Numbered from the stretch's first letter, positions 17,382 to 27,188 are shown. The stretch is 64,000 bases of DNA from an uncultured Chloroflexia bacterium (GCA_963844945.1 CAWJQZ010000046.1:152000-215999); one strand, 5' to 3'. Numbers and translations: made by a program. The notes: generated by a model from the sequence alone, not told the origin.

Positions 17382-19697
17382 GTGACCACCCCGGAGACCC
17401 AGGCGCCCACGTACCGCAGCGACGCGCGGCCGCAGATGATCGAGTTCGAGGAGCGCCTCGGGTCCGTCCGCGGGTTCACCTACGCCGGCGACGTGGCGTC
17501 CGAGATCGAGGCCGGCTCGCTGACCGCGTCGGAGGCGCTCGAGCTCTTCGACGACATGCTCGCGATCCGCGAGCTCGAGGAGATGATCGTCCGCCTGCGG
17601 ACGAGCGGGTACGACCCCCTCGCCGGCTACGACTACCGCGGGCCGACGCACGTCTCGATCGGCCAGGAGGGCACGCCCGTCGGTGCGTCCGTCGCCCTCC
17701 GTCCCACCGACAACGTCACCAGCTCGCACCGGGGTCACGGCGACGCGGTGGCGAAGGGGTTCGCGGCGATCCGGCGCATGAGCGACGACGAGCTGCGGGC
17801 GCGCGTCCCCGGCTCCGCCGGCGGCACCCGCGAGGAGCTGCTCGAGGCGGCGCTCGAGGAGCACGTCTACCGGATCATCGCCGAGCTGTTCGGCAAGGAC
17901 GAGGGCTACAGCCACGGCCGCGGCGGCGGGATGCACATCGGCGACTTCTCCACCGGCAACCTCGGCGCGAACGCGATCGTCGGCGGGAGCGTGCCGATCG
18001 CGACGGGCGCCGCGATGGCGCGTCGCTACGAGCGGTCCGACCGCGTCGTCTGCTGCTTCGCGGGCGACGGCGCGTACGCGAACGGCGTCGTCCTGGAGTC
18101 GCTCAACTGGGCCGCGCAGGACCAGTGGACGAACCACCTCGCCGGCGACCACGCCTACGGGCTGCCGATCATCTTCCTCATCCAGAACAACCACTACGGC
18201 ATGACCCACCGGACCGACGAGGAGGTCATGGGCGTCCGTCACCTCGCGAGCCGGGGCTGGGGCTTCGCGGACGACGGGATGCACGCCGAGGTCGTGAACG
18301 GCATGGACGTGCTCGCGGTCCGCGATGCCGTCCGGCGCGCCGCCGAGATCTGCCGGTCGGGCCAGGGACCCGTGCTGATCGAGGCCTCCACGTACCGCTA
18401 CTACGGCCACTCGCTGTCCGACCCGCGGAACGAGTACCGGACGCGCGAGGAGGAGGCGTCCTGGCGCGCGATCGACCCGATCGAGCGGCTGAAGGGCCAG
18501 ATCGTCGCGGCCGGCGTCGCGGACGAGGCCGGGGTGGCCGCGATCGAGGGGCGCGCGCGCGAGCGCAACGCCCGCGCGGCGGTGCGTGCGTCGCAGGGGA
18601 CGGACCCCGCCCCCGAGTCCATCCTCGACTACCTGTACACGGACGCGGTCGGTGACGTGGTCCCCGACGACGCGCCGCCGGTCGTCCTGCACGCCGATCC
18701 GCCGGTCGCGAAGCGCGACGCGGATGGCGCGATCTCCTATCGGGACGCGCTCCGCGAGGCGATGGTCGGCGAGATGCTCCGCGACGGGCGGGTCATCTTC
18801 TACGGCGAGGACGTCGCCGACTACGGCGGCGCCTTCAAGCTCACGAAGGGGCTGCTCGAGTCGTTCGGGCGCGACCGGGTCTTCAACACGCCGATCTCGG
18901 AGGCGTGCATCTGCGGGACCGCCGTGGGGGCCGCGATCGTCGGGCTCCGCCCGGTCGTCGAGCTCATGTACATGGACTTCGCCCTCATGGCGTCCGACCA
19001 GATCGCGAACCAGGCCGGCAAGTGGCACTTCATGAGCGGCGGCCAGGTCGAGGTCCCGCTCGTCGTGCGCGCGTCCGTCGGGGCGGGCAAGGGCTACGGC
19101 GGGCAGCACAGCCAGTCCCTCGAGAGCCTCTTCCCGCACCTCCCGGGCCTGTACGTCATCTACCCGGCGACCCCCGCGGACGCCAAGGGGCTCCTCACGT
19201 CGGCGATCCGGACGAACAACCCGGTCGTCTTCGTCGAGAGCCAGGGCCTGTACGGCGTGAAGGGCCAGGTCCCGGAGGGCGAGCACGTCGTCCCGATCGG
19301 GAAGGCGCGCATCGCGCGCGAGGGGACCGACGCGACGATCGTGGCGTGGGGGCCGGCCGTCGCCGACGCGCTCATCGCCGCCGAGACGCTCGCGGCCGGG
19401 CACGGCGTCTCGGCCGAGGTCGTGGACCTCCGCAGCCTCGTCCCGCTCGACATGGAGACGGTCCTCGCCTCCGTCCGGAAGACGGGCCGGTGCGTCGTCG
19501 CCGCGCAGGCCGTCCTCATGGGGAGCTTCGTGAACGAGATCGTCGCGCGCGTCCAGTCGGAGGCGTTCGACGACCTCGACGGCCCCGTCGGCAGGATCGG
19601 TGCGAAGAACACGATCTCGCCCCAGGCCGAGACCCTCGAGAAGGCGTTCCTCCCGACCGCGGACGACATCGTCCGCGCGGTGACGGACATCCTCTGA
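17382..19697 (+). CDS. 2-oxoacid (pyruvate/acetoin-type) dehydrogenase E1 component, fused alpha and beta subunits
   Basis: GGAGGG lies before GTG 17382, within intact track ORF 17274..19697. Alpha part: TPP motif FAGDGAYANGVVLESLNWAAQ...IFLIQNNHYG. Beta part: ISYRDALREAMVGEMLRDGRVIFYGEDVADYGGAFKLTKGL...NTPISEACICGTAVGAA. Confidence 0.85.
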   Translation: MTTPETQAPTYRSDARPQMIEFEERLGSVRGFTYAGDVASEIEAGSLTASEALELFDDMLAIRELEEMIVRLRTSGYDPLAGYDYRGPTHVSIGQEGTPVGASVALRPTDNVTSSHRGHGDAVAKGFAAIRRMSDDELRARVPGSAGGTREELLEAALEEHVYRIIAELFGKDEGYSHGRGGGMHIGDFSTGNLGANAIVGGSVPIATGAAMARRYERSDRVVCCFAGDGAYANGVVLESLNWAAQDQWTNHLAGDHAYGLPIIFLIQNNHYGMTHRTDEEVMGVRHLASRGWGFADDGMHAEVVNGMDVLAVRDAVRRAAEICRSGQGPVLIEASTYRYYGHSLSDPRNEYRTREEEASWRAIDPIERLKGQIVAAGVADEAGVAAIEGRARERNARAAVRASQGTDPAPESILDYLYTDAVGDVVPDDAPPVVLHADPPVAKRDADGAISYRDALREAMVGEMLRDGRVIFYGEDVADYGGAFKLTKGLLESFGRDRVFNTPISEACICGTAVGAAIVGLRPVVELMYMDFALMASDQIANQAGKWHFMSGGQVEVPLVVRASVGAGKGYGGQHSQSLESLFPHLPGLYVIYPATPADAKGLLTSAIRTNNPVVFVESQGLYGVKGQVPEGEHVVPIGKARIAREGTDATIVAWGPAVADALIAAETLAAGHGVSAEVVDLRSLVPLDMETVLASVRKTGRCVVAAQAVLMGSFVNEIVARVQSEAFDDLDGPVGRIGAKNTISPQAETLEKAFLPTADDIVRAVTDIL

Positions 19698-19726
19698 GCA
19701 CGGCCGGCGACCCGAGGAGCATCCCG

Positions 19727-21065
19727 ATGGCTCACGCGATCCGCATGCCCAAGCCCGGCCAGATGACCGAGGAGTGCGTCCTCACGCTCTGGCTCAAGGC
19801 GGAGGGCGACCCCATCAAGCGGGGGGACGTCGTCTTCGAGATCGAGACGGACAAGTCGTCGATGGAGGTGGAGTCCTTCGACGAGGGCATCCTCCTGAAG
19901 CGTCTCGTCGCCGACGGGGAGACGGTCCCCGTGAACTCCGTGTGCGGCTGGATCGGAGAGCCCGGGGAGGCGATCCCCGAGGCCGAGCCGGTCGCGGTGC
20001 CGGCGGCGGTGACCCCGACGCCGGCCGTCGCCGCACCCGCGCCCGTGCCCGCAGTGCCGGCCGGCGGCCGTGCCCTCGCCTGTGGCCGTGCCCGCGGTCG
20101 CGGCCGTTCCCGGCCCCGCGGCCGTGTCCGCCGGCGATCGGCTCCGCATCAGCCCGCGGGCGACGCGTCTCGCCGCCTCCGCCGGGATCGACCCGCGGAT
20201 GATCACCGGCACCGGTCCCGATGGCCGGATCGTCGAGCGCGACGTCGCCGCGGCCATCGCCGCGGCAGGAGCCGCAGCGGCCGCCGGGGCCGCAGGGGCC
20301 GAGCCCGGGGCGGCGATCGCCTCGAGCGCCGTGCCCGCCACGACCGCGCGGCCGGTCCCGCCCGTCGTCCTCCCGCCCGTGGAGGGCGAGGAGGAGCCGC
20401 GGCCGATGTCGCGGATGCGCCGCGTCATCGCCGAGAGGCTCACGGCGAGCTGGCAGACCACCCCCCACTTCACCGTCACCGTCGCAGCCGACGTCACGCG
20501 CCTCATGGCGTACCGCGCCGAGCTGAAGGCGGCGGGAACGAGCCTCACCGTCACCGACTTCGTCCTCGCCGCCACCGCGCAGACGCTCGTCGAGTTCCCC
20601 GACGTCAACTCGCGGACGGACGGCGCGAGCGTCTACCCGCGCCGACGGGTCCACCTCGGGGTCGCGGTCTCGGTGCCCGCCGGGCTCGTGGTCCCGGTGA
20701 TCCGGGACGCGGACCGGCTGACCGTCGGCGAGATCCACGACCGCGCGGCCGCGCTCGGCGCGGCGGCGCGCGACGGGAGGCTCACGGTCGACGACATGAC
20801 AGGCGGGACGTTCACCGTCTCCAACCTGGGGATGTTCGGCGTCGAGGAGTTCAGCGCGATCATCAACCCGGGCGAGGCGGCGATCCTCGCCGTCGCGAGC
20901 GCGATCCAGGCGCCCGTGGCGATCGGGGAGACGATCCTGGTCCGCTGGATCATGAAGCTGACGATCTCGGCCGACCATCGGCTCGTGGACGGCGAGATGG
21001 CGGCGCGCTTCCTCAACGCGCTCCGGCGCCGGCTGGAGGACGCTCGCTCGCTGCGCGTGGACTGA
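19727..21065 (+). CDS. Dihydrolipoamide acyltransferase (E2) component; 1 apparent frameshift in the Ala/Pro linker
   Basis: Lipoyl domain MAHAIRMPKPGQMTEECVLTLWLKAEGDPIKRGDVVFEIETDKSSMEVES (frame of ORF 18905..21355). Subunit-binding and catalytic domains in track ORF 20070..21065 (ISPRATRLAASAGIDPRMITGTGPDGRIVERDV ... TISADHRLVDGEMAARF). Join near 20060. Confidence 0.85.
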
Positions 21066-21077
21066 CCTGCGGGACGA

Positions 21078-21098
21078 GGGGCGGCGACGCGCCGCCCC
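21078..21098. terminator. Bidirectional terminator hairpin between convergent E2 and phosphatase genes
   Basis: GGGGCGGCG-acg-CGCCGCCCC, perfect 9-bp stem. Confidence 0.5.
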
Positions 21099-21111
21099 CG
21101 ACGCCGGGACC

Positions 21112-21948
21112 TCAGGGGTGCTCGACGAGGGCCTCCCTGAGCGCCTCCTGGCCGGCCTCGTCGATCCCCAGGCCGGTCGCGAAGTACGCCGGCATCGACC
21201 CGTACGCCCGGGCCACCTCGTCGAGGCCCGCCGCGAGGTACTCGGGCCTGACCGACAGGAACGGCTCGAGGAGAGCCGGGTCCCCGCCGCGGGAGCGGAA
21301 CTCGGCGAGGAGCGGTTCGACGACCGGCGCGAGCGCCGGGCCGCTCGCGAGGTAGTCGCGCATCACGTGCTCCTCCGGGACGTCGAGGAGCAGGAGGAGG
21401 GCCGCGACCGCCCACCCCGTGCGGTCCTTGCCGGTCGTGCAGTGGACGATCGCCGGGCGCCCCTCGGGCGTGGCGAGCCCCTTGTACAGGCGCCCGTACG
21501 CCGCCCGCGCCGCCGGCGCGGAGACGAACGCGGGGTAGCGGTCGAGGAAGAAGCGCCCGCTCCGGCCTCCGCCGAGCACCCGCTCCGCGGTGGCCGGGTC
21601 CTCGAAGATCGGGCCGATCGCTGCCGGGGACGACCCGACGTCGTCGGCGAGGACGTCCACGACGACGAGCTCCGCCCCGGGCGGGAGCCGGTCGGGGGCC
21701 ATCTCGCGCTCGCCGTCGGTCCGGAGGTCGTACACGACCCGGACGCCGAGCGCTGCGAGGCCGGCCACGCCCGCGTCGCCGATCCTGCTCAGCTCCACGG
21801 ACCGGTAGAGGTGCCCCGTGCGGATGCGGCCGCCGTCGCGCGTCGGGTGGCCGCCGATGTCGCGGAAGTTCGGGATGGCCGGGCGGTCGAGGTCGCGCTC
21901 GGATCCCTCCGCGGCCTCACCGCCGGCGGACGACGACGCCTCAGGCAT
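21112..21948 (-). CDS. Protein tyrosine/serine phosphatase (Y_phosphatase3-type)
   Basis: Intact track ORF. NFRDIGG N-motif and CX5R active site VHCTTGKDRTG. Confidence 0.8.
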   Translation of the reverse strand: MPEASSSAGGEAAEGSERDLDRPAIPNFRDIGGHPTRDGGRIRTGHLYRSVELSRIGDAGVAGLAALGVRVVYDLRTDGEREMAPDRLPPGAELVVVDVLADDVGSSPAAIGPIFEDPATAERVLGGGRSGRFFLDRYPAFVSAPAARAAYGRLYKGLATPEGRPAIVHCTTGKDRTGWAVAALLLLLDVPEEHVMRDYLASGPALAPVVEPLLAEFRSRGGDPALLEPFLSVRPEYLAAGLDEVARAYGSMPAYFATGLGIDEAGQEALREALVEHP

Positions 21949-22681
21949 CCAGGCGCTCGATCCGCATCGGCGGGCCGGCGACGAGCGCGGGGACGGTCAC
22001 GCTCGCGTCGGTCTCGGCGCAGAACGCGATGTCCTCGGTCTGCCCGATCTCGCGGAGGGTCCGGCCGCCGTCGCAGTCGGTCATCGCCGCGACCGTGTCC
22101 GGCTGCTCGGCGCGGATCCGCAGGCTGAGCGCCGCCGCGTCCGTCATGTCGACCGCGATGCCCCGGGCCACGGTCTCCTCCACGATCCCCGCGAGGATCG
22201 CCCCGGCGGCGTACGCGTCCTCGAGCACGAACCGACCGTGGCGTCCGGCGCAGACGATCCGGACGCCGACCCCCTCGCGCATCGCGATCGCCGCGGCGGC
22301 GCGCGCGCACGCCCGGGCGTTGCGCAGCGACCCGATGAGGACGTGGCGCGCCGATCGGACACGGTGGAGGACCGCGGTCCCGTTGGTGGTGCTCAGGACG
22401 ATCCGCCGACCCGCGAGGTCGGAGCGGACCATCTCCGAGGGCGAGTTGTCGAAGTCGAAGCCCTTCGGCTTGCGCGCGCGCCACTCGCCCGCGAGGAGCG
22501 CCTCGTGCTCGCGCGCGATGCGGCGCGCCATCGCGACGTTCCCGGCGAGGTACAGGTCGCGCACGCCGAGGTCCAGCAGGACCGTGATCGTGGTGCTCGC
22601 GCGGATCTGGTCGATCACGACGAGCACGGAGCCGTCGTCGCGCGGGAGCGCCGCGGGGATCAGGGAGACGTCGAGATGCAT
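21941..22681 (-). CDS. 2-phosphosulfolactate phosphatase (ComB) family protein
   Basis: Intact track ORF. VVIDQIRASTTITVLL, FDFDNSPSEM, VLSTTNGTA. Overlaps the downstream phosphatase start by 8 nt. Confidence 0.75.
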   Translation of the reverse strand: MHLDVSLIPAALPRDDGSVLVVIDQIRASTTITVLLDLGVRDLYLAGNVAMARRIAREHEALLAGEWRARKPKGFDFDNSPSEMVRSDLAGRRIVLSTTNGTAVLHRVRSARHVLIGSLRNARACARAAAAIAMREGVGVRIVCAGRHGRFVLEDAYAAGAILAGIVEETVARGIAVDMTDAAALSLRIRAEQPDTVAAMTDCDGGRTLREIGQTEDIAFCAETDASVTVPALVAGPPMRIERLDA

Positions 22682-22768
22682 GCGGCGAGTGTGGCATCCG
22701 GCCGCCGGGGCCGCGTGCCGGGGCGGGATGGCGCCCGGGGCGCGCGCCGGCGCGGCCGGCGGCTGCCG

Positions 22769-23788
22769 TCAGCTGAAGAGCGACGCGTACGCGCTGAGCG
22801 CCGGCTGGCCGCCGAGGTGCGCGTACAGGACGTTGGAGCCGCGGTCGATCTCGCCCCGCTCGACGAGGTCGATGAGCCCGGCCATCGACTTCCCCTCGTA
22901 CACCGGGTCCGTGATCATCCCCTCGAGGCGGGCCGTCAGGCGCATCGCGTCGAGCGTCCGCGCGTCCGGGATCCCGTAGACGCCGCCGTGGTAGCGGTCG
23001 TCGAGGATGATCTCGTCCTCCCGGAGGTCGCGCTCGAGGCCGATCATCGACGCCGTCCGTCGCGCGATGCGGGCGATCTGGTCGCGCGTCTCGGGGACCG
23101 TCGCGGAGGCGTCGATGCCGACGACGCGCCGCTTCCGCCCGCCGGCGTCCTCCAGCACGGCGAAGCCGGCGACCATCCCGGCCTGCGTGGAGCCGGTCAC
23201 CGAGCAGACGATGATCGTGTCGAAGAAGACGCCGAGCTCGCGCTCCTGCTCCGCGACCTCGAACGCCCAGCCGGCGAACCCGTGGCCGCCGAGCGGGTGG
23301 TCGGACGCGCCGGCCGGGATCGCATACGGCTTCCCGCCGGCCGCCTCGACGCTCGCGAGCGCCTCCTTCCAGCTGTCGCGGAGGCCGATCGAGAACCCCG
23401 CCGGATCGAGCCGGACGTCGGCGCCCATCATCCGCGAGAGGAGGATGTTGCCGACGCGGTCGTAGGTGACGTCCGGCCACTCCACCCAGTGCTCCTGCAC
23501 GAGGACGCACTTCATCCCGGCGTGCGCGGCGACCGCCGCGACCTGGCGCGTGTGGTTCGACTGCACGCCGCCGATGGAGACGAGCGTGTCCGCGCCCTGC
23601 GCGATCGCCTCGGCGAGCAGGTACTCGAGCTTGCGCACCTTGTTCCCGCCGAACGCGAGCCCGGAGTTGCAGTCCTCGCGCTTCGCCCAGATCGTCGCGC
23701 CGCCGAGGTGCTTCGTCATGCGGTCGAGGCGCTGGACGGGCGACGGGCCGAAGAGGAGCGGCTCGCGAGGGAAGTCGGCGAGGGACAC
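22769..23788 (-). CDS. acdS: 1-aminocyclopropane-1-carboxylate deaminase
   Basis: GGAGG lies 6 nt before GTG 23788, within track ORF 22769..23998. [105 protein letters not shown]-Lys in [10 protein letters not shown]. The residues that separate ACC deaminases from D-Cys desulfhydrases appear present ([15 protein letters not shown]). Confidence 0.85.
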   Translation of the reverse strand: MSLADFPREPLLFGPSPVQRLDRMTKHLGGATIWAKREDCNSGLAFGGNKVRKLEYLLAEAIAQGADTLVSIGGVQSNHTRQVAAVAAHAGMKCVLVQEHWVEWPDVTYDRVGNILLSRMMGADVRLDPAGFSIGLRDSWKEALASVEAAGGKPYAIPAGASDHPLGGHGFAGWAFEVAEQERELGVFFDTIIVCSVTGSTQAGMVAGFAVLEDAGGRKRRVVGIDASATVPETRDQIARIARRTASMIGLERDLREDEIILDDRYHGGVYGIPDARTLDAMRLTARLEGMITDPVYEGKSMAGLIDLVERGEIDRGSNVLYAHLGGQPALSAYASLFS

Positions 23789-23829
23789 GGGATGCCTCCG
23801 GAGGGCTGGATCGGGACGGTCGACGGCGA

Positions 23830-24317
23830 TCAGACGGCCCGGCGCGCCCCCAGTGCCGGGTGGCGGACGGTCGCGAGGGCAGGACGAGGAGCGACGCCTC
23901 GGCGAGGGCGCCGGGTGCGAGGGGCGGCGCCTTGCCGACCACACCCGTCGCGGCGTCCCAGAGTCGCTCGAGGAGCGGGAGCGTCGCCCAGACGGCACCC
24001 AGGGTCCCGTCCGCCGGGCCGGCCTCCCAGTTCCCGTGCACGTGAAGGCCGATCCCGACGGCCGCCAGGACGAGCCCGAGGACGGCGAGCCAGCGGGCGG
24101 CGACGATCGCCCGACCGGAGGAGCCCGCCGCCAGGACGACGGCGACGAGGCATGCGCCGATGTCCACCCAGCCGAAGACCATCCCGGCCGTGGTCCAGTG
24201 CTTCAGCAGGAGGAGCTCAAGGGCGGCACCGACGGTCCCGAGCGCGGCGAGGACGAGGATCCCCCGGCGGAGGAGTGTCACGGTGTCGAGCTGGTCGAGG
24301 CGGGATCGGATGCTCAT
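23830..24317 (-). CDS. Hypothetical integral membrane protein (about 4 TM helices); 1 apparent frameshift near the C-terminus
   Basis: N-terminus of track ORF 21789..24317 ([41 protein letters not shown]...[21 protein letters not shown]). A plausible end, ...[20 protein letters not shown], is reached by a frame change near 23880. The rest of the 842-aa ORF is a shadow frame. Confidence 0.5.
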
Positions 24318-24515
24318 GGGGCTCCGTGGCGGCGGGTGACGTGGAGGGCCCGGTGGGACCCCTGGCCCGGTGCGGGTCCGGTGCGGCCGGGCGCCGGCCG
24401 ATCGTACATCGGACCGACGGCCCCCAAGGCTCGAGGCCGGCCGACCGGGGTGCGGGGCCGACCCGGCGGCGCCGGCCGTGGACGTCGACCGTCCCGGCGG
24501 TCGCTCTCAGCGCGC

Positions 24516-25333
24516 TCAGCCGGTCTGGATCCCCAGGGCGGCGAGGATCCCCTTGCCGACGAGGATCAGCGCGAGCGTCAGGACGAGGAAGCCGGCGAGC
24601 GACGCGAAGAAGAAGTCGCGGAACCCCACGCCGAGCGCACCGGCGGTCGCCGAAGCGAACGTCGTGAGCGGGTCGGGAAGATCGAGACGAGGAAGATGGC
24701 GCGCCGGGGGTGGACGTGCATCATCCGCTTGATCGCGCCCTTCGCGTCGTCCATCACGCGGCCGATCCAGGCGGGCAGGTAGGCCCCGAGCCGGCCCCGC
24801 AGAGCGCGGAGCCGTGCCCGCAGGGAGCGGTCCGCACGCGACGTGCCGGTGCTCTCCCCGGCGTCCTCCTCGGCCGGCCTGACGGTTTCGTGCTCGTGGT
24901 GTGCGCCGACGCGGGCCGCGGTGTAGTAGGAGGTCTGGCCGAGCGCCATCGCGGCGGCGGCGACCGGCAGGACGATGAGCGGCTCGAGCGCCGCACCCTG
25001 GTGGATGACCATCACCCAGCTGACCTCGCGGACCCCGGGGATCGGGACGAGGGCACCGCCGGCGCCGATCCAGCAGGCGACCGCGAGGCCGACGTACGCG
25101 AGCGGGTCCAGGTCGTGGACGAGCACGCCGAGCGGGCGGAGCGCGGCGAGCGTCCCGACCACGATCGCGACGATCGCGACGATCGCGACGATGCGACGCC
25201 GCGGCGACTCCGGCCAGTGGTCGAGGATCCAGGTGTCGACGCGGAGGACGAGCCGCTCCAGGGCATCGCGGGCACGATCCGTCGAGGCGGGCTGCGAAGC
25301 CGCGTCGGGCGCGGGAGCGTCGGGCGGCGGCAT
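24516..25333 (-). CDS. Hypothetical membrane protein (possibly VTT/DedA-like); 1 apparent frameshift
   Basis: Track ORF 24578..25333 (RIVAIVAIVAIVVGTLAALRPLGVLV...WIGAGGALVPIPGVREVSWVMVIHQG). After a frame change near 24672 the tail reads DPLTTFASATAGALGVGFRDFFFASLAGFLVLTLALILVGKGILAALGIQTG, with a stop at 24516-24518. Confidence 0.5.
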
Positions 25334-25654
25334 GGCGGGAGCGTACAGGCCCCGACGCGGGCCCGGGGTCGGCCGGAGAAGGCGTCCGAGCGGGGGCGCG
25401 GGCGTCCCGATGCCGGGTCCCGGGTGGGTCTGTGACTGCCGGTCATCGAGACCGGGCCGCCGGCGTCGCCGCGGTGCGCCGGGGTCATCAGGACGACGAT
25501 CCGTACCGCCCCAGCGTCGCCTCGCCGGGAGCTGCGATGTGCCGGGGTCATCACGGCGCCCTCAGGCCCCTCGGATCCGTGCCTGCCAGTCACGCCCTTG
25601 CGGTCGGCCGTGCCCGACAGTGACGCCCGCGCCCTGCCCGCCCCCCTGCCGCCC

Positions 25655-25716
25655 CGTGCGCTCGCCCGTGCGCCGCCCGTGCGCCGTCGGTGCGCCGTCG
25701 GTGCGCCGCCAGTGCG
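25655..25716 (+). repeat. Six GTGCGC-core direct repeats phased 11-12 bp apart, immediately upstream of the xylA operator/promoter
   Basis: GTGCGC at 25655, 25667, 25678, 25689, 25700 and 25711 (units such as CCCGTGCGCCG / TCGGTGCGCCG). Spacing is 12, 11, 11, 11, 11 bp. Confidence 0.7.
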
Positions 25717-25717
25717 C

Positions 25718-25753
25718 ATTTGTGCTTCTCTTGCACAAACCTCCGTGGTAGTC
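25718..25753 (+). promoter_or_regulatory. Candidate XylR operator (TTTGTGC-N7-GCACAAA) plus extended -10 (TGGTAGTCT) of xylA
   Basis: Perfect 7-bp inverted repeat at 25718-25724 and 25732-25738. TGnTAGTCT at 25745-25753, 64 nt before the xylA GTG. A 15/21-matching copy lies at 33674-33694. Confidence 0.55.
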
Positions 25754-25816
25754 TCAGCAGGACCGCGCGGGGGGCGATGCCGCCCCGCGTTTCGTTCGAT
25801 ATCGGAGGGTAGAGCC

Positions 25817-27185
25817 GTGGGTGGCGACTTCTTCGCCGAGGTGCCGGGACCGATCTCCTTCGGCGGGCTGGGGTCGGCCGACCCGCTGACGTACAAGGTC
25901 TACGACCCGGACCGCATCGTGCTCGGGAAGCGGATGGAGGAGCACCTCCGGATCGGCGTCTGCCTCTGGCATTCCTTCGCCTGGGACGGGCGGGACATGT
26001 TCGGGATCGGGACGCTCGACCGTCCGTGGCTCGACCCGGATGCCGACCCGATGGACGCGGCGCGTCAGAAGATGGCGGTCGCGTTCGAGTTCATCGAGAA
26101 GCTCGGCGTCCCCTACTACTGCTTCCACGACCGCGACGTCGCGCCCGAGGGCGACAGCTTCGCGGAGTTCCGGTCCAACCTGGACGCGCTGGTGGACGAC
26201 GCGCTCGGCTACCAGGAGCGGACCGGTGTCACCCTCCTCTGGGGGACCGCGAACCTCTTCACGCACCCGCGCTACCAGGCCGGCGCCGCGACGAACCCGG
26301 ACCCCGAGGTCTTCGCGTACGCCGCGGCCCAGGTCCGGATGATGCTCGAGGTGACGCAGCGCCTCGGCGGGACCAACTACGTCCTGTGGGGCGGGCGCGA
26401 GGGCTACGACACGCTCCTCAACACCGACCTGAAGCGCGAGGGGCAGCAGCTCGCCCGCTTCCTCCACCTCGTCGCCGAGCACAAGGCGAAGATCGGGTTC
26501 GAGGGGGCGCTCCTCATCGAGCCGAAGCCGATGGAGCCCACGAAGCACCAGTACGACTACGACTCCGCGACCGTCCACGGCTTCCTCGTCCGCAACGGCC
26601 TCGACGGCGAGTACAAGCTGAACATCGAGGCGAACCACGCGACGCTCGCCGGCCACAGCTTCCACCACGAGGTCGCCTACGCCATCGCGAACGGGATCCT
26701 CGGGAGCATCGACGCGAACCGCGGCGACCCCCAGAACGGGTGGGACACCGACCAGTTCCCCAACTCGGTCGAGGACCTCGCGCTTCCGCTCTACGAGATC
26801 CTCCGCGGCGGCGGCCTCGGCACCGGCGGCTTCAACTTCGATGCCAAGCTCCGCCGGCAGAGCTCGGACCGGACGGACCTGTTCCACGCGCACATCGGCG
26901 GGATCGACGCGCTCGCGCAGGCGCTGCTCGTCGCCGCGGACCTCGTGGAGACGGGGACGCTCGCGTCCCTGAAGGACGCAGCGGTACGCCGGCTGGGACG
27001 GCCCGCTCGGGGCGGAGATCCTCGAGGGCCGCGCCTCGCTCGCCGACCTCGCGGACCGCGTCCAGGCGGGTGCCGTCGAACCGGTCCGTCACTCGGGCCG
27101 GCAGGAGTATCTCGAGAACGTCGTGAACCGGAGCATCTGGCGCGTCCAGGCGGGCGCGATCGACGAGACCGGCCGCGAGGCCTGA
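25817..27185 (+). CDS. xylA: Xylose isomerase (class II, long form); 1 apparent frameshift
   Basis: GGAGGG RBS before GTG 25817. [95 protein letters not shown] (frame of ORF 25598..29701). The tail [23 protein letters not shown]...[16 protein letters not shown] is reached by a frame change near 26980. Confidence 0.9.
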
Positions 27186-27188
27186 CCC

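Noticed and set aside
25655-25716. The 11-bp GTGCGC repeat array as a CRISPR array or minisatellite
   Set aside because: The units are only 11-12 bp with no spacers of unique sequence, and no cas genes are nearby. The array is retained only as a possible regulatory repeat.
25765-25797. GC hairpin (CGCGGGG...CCCCGCG) plus TTTCGTT in the xylA leader as a transcription attenuator
   Set aside because: It begins only a few nt after the predicted transcription start and has no alternative anti-terminator partner. A 5'-terminal stabilising stem-loop is more likely. The evidence is too weak to call.
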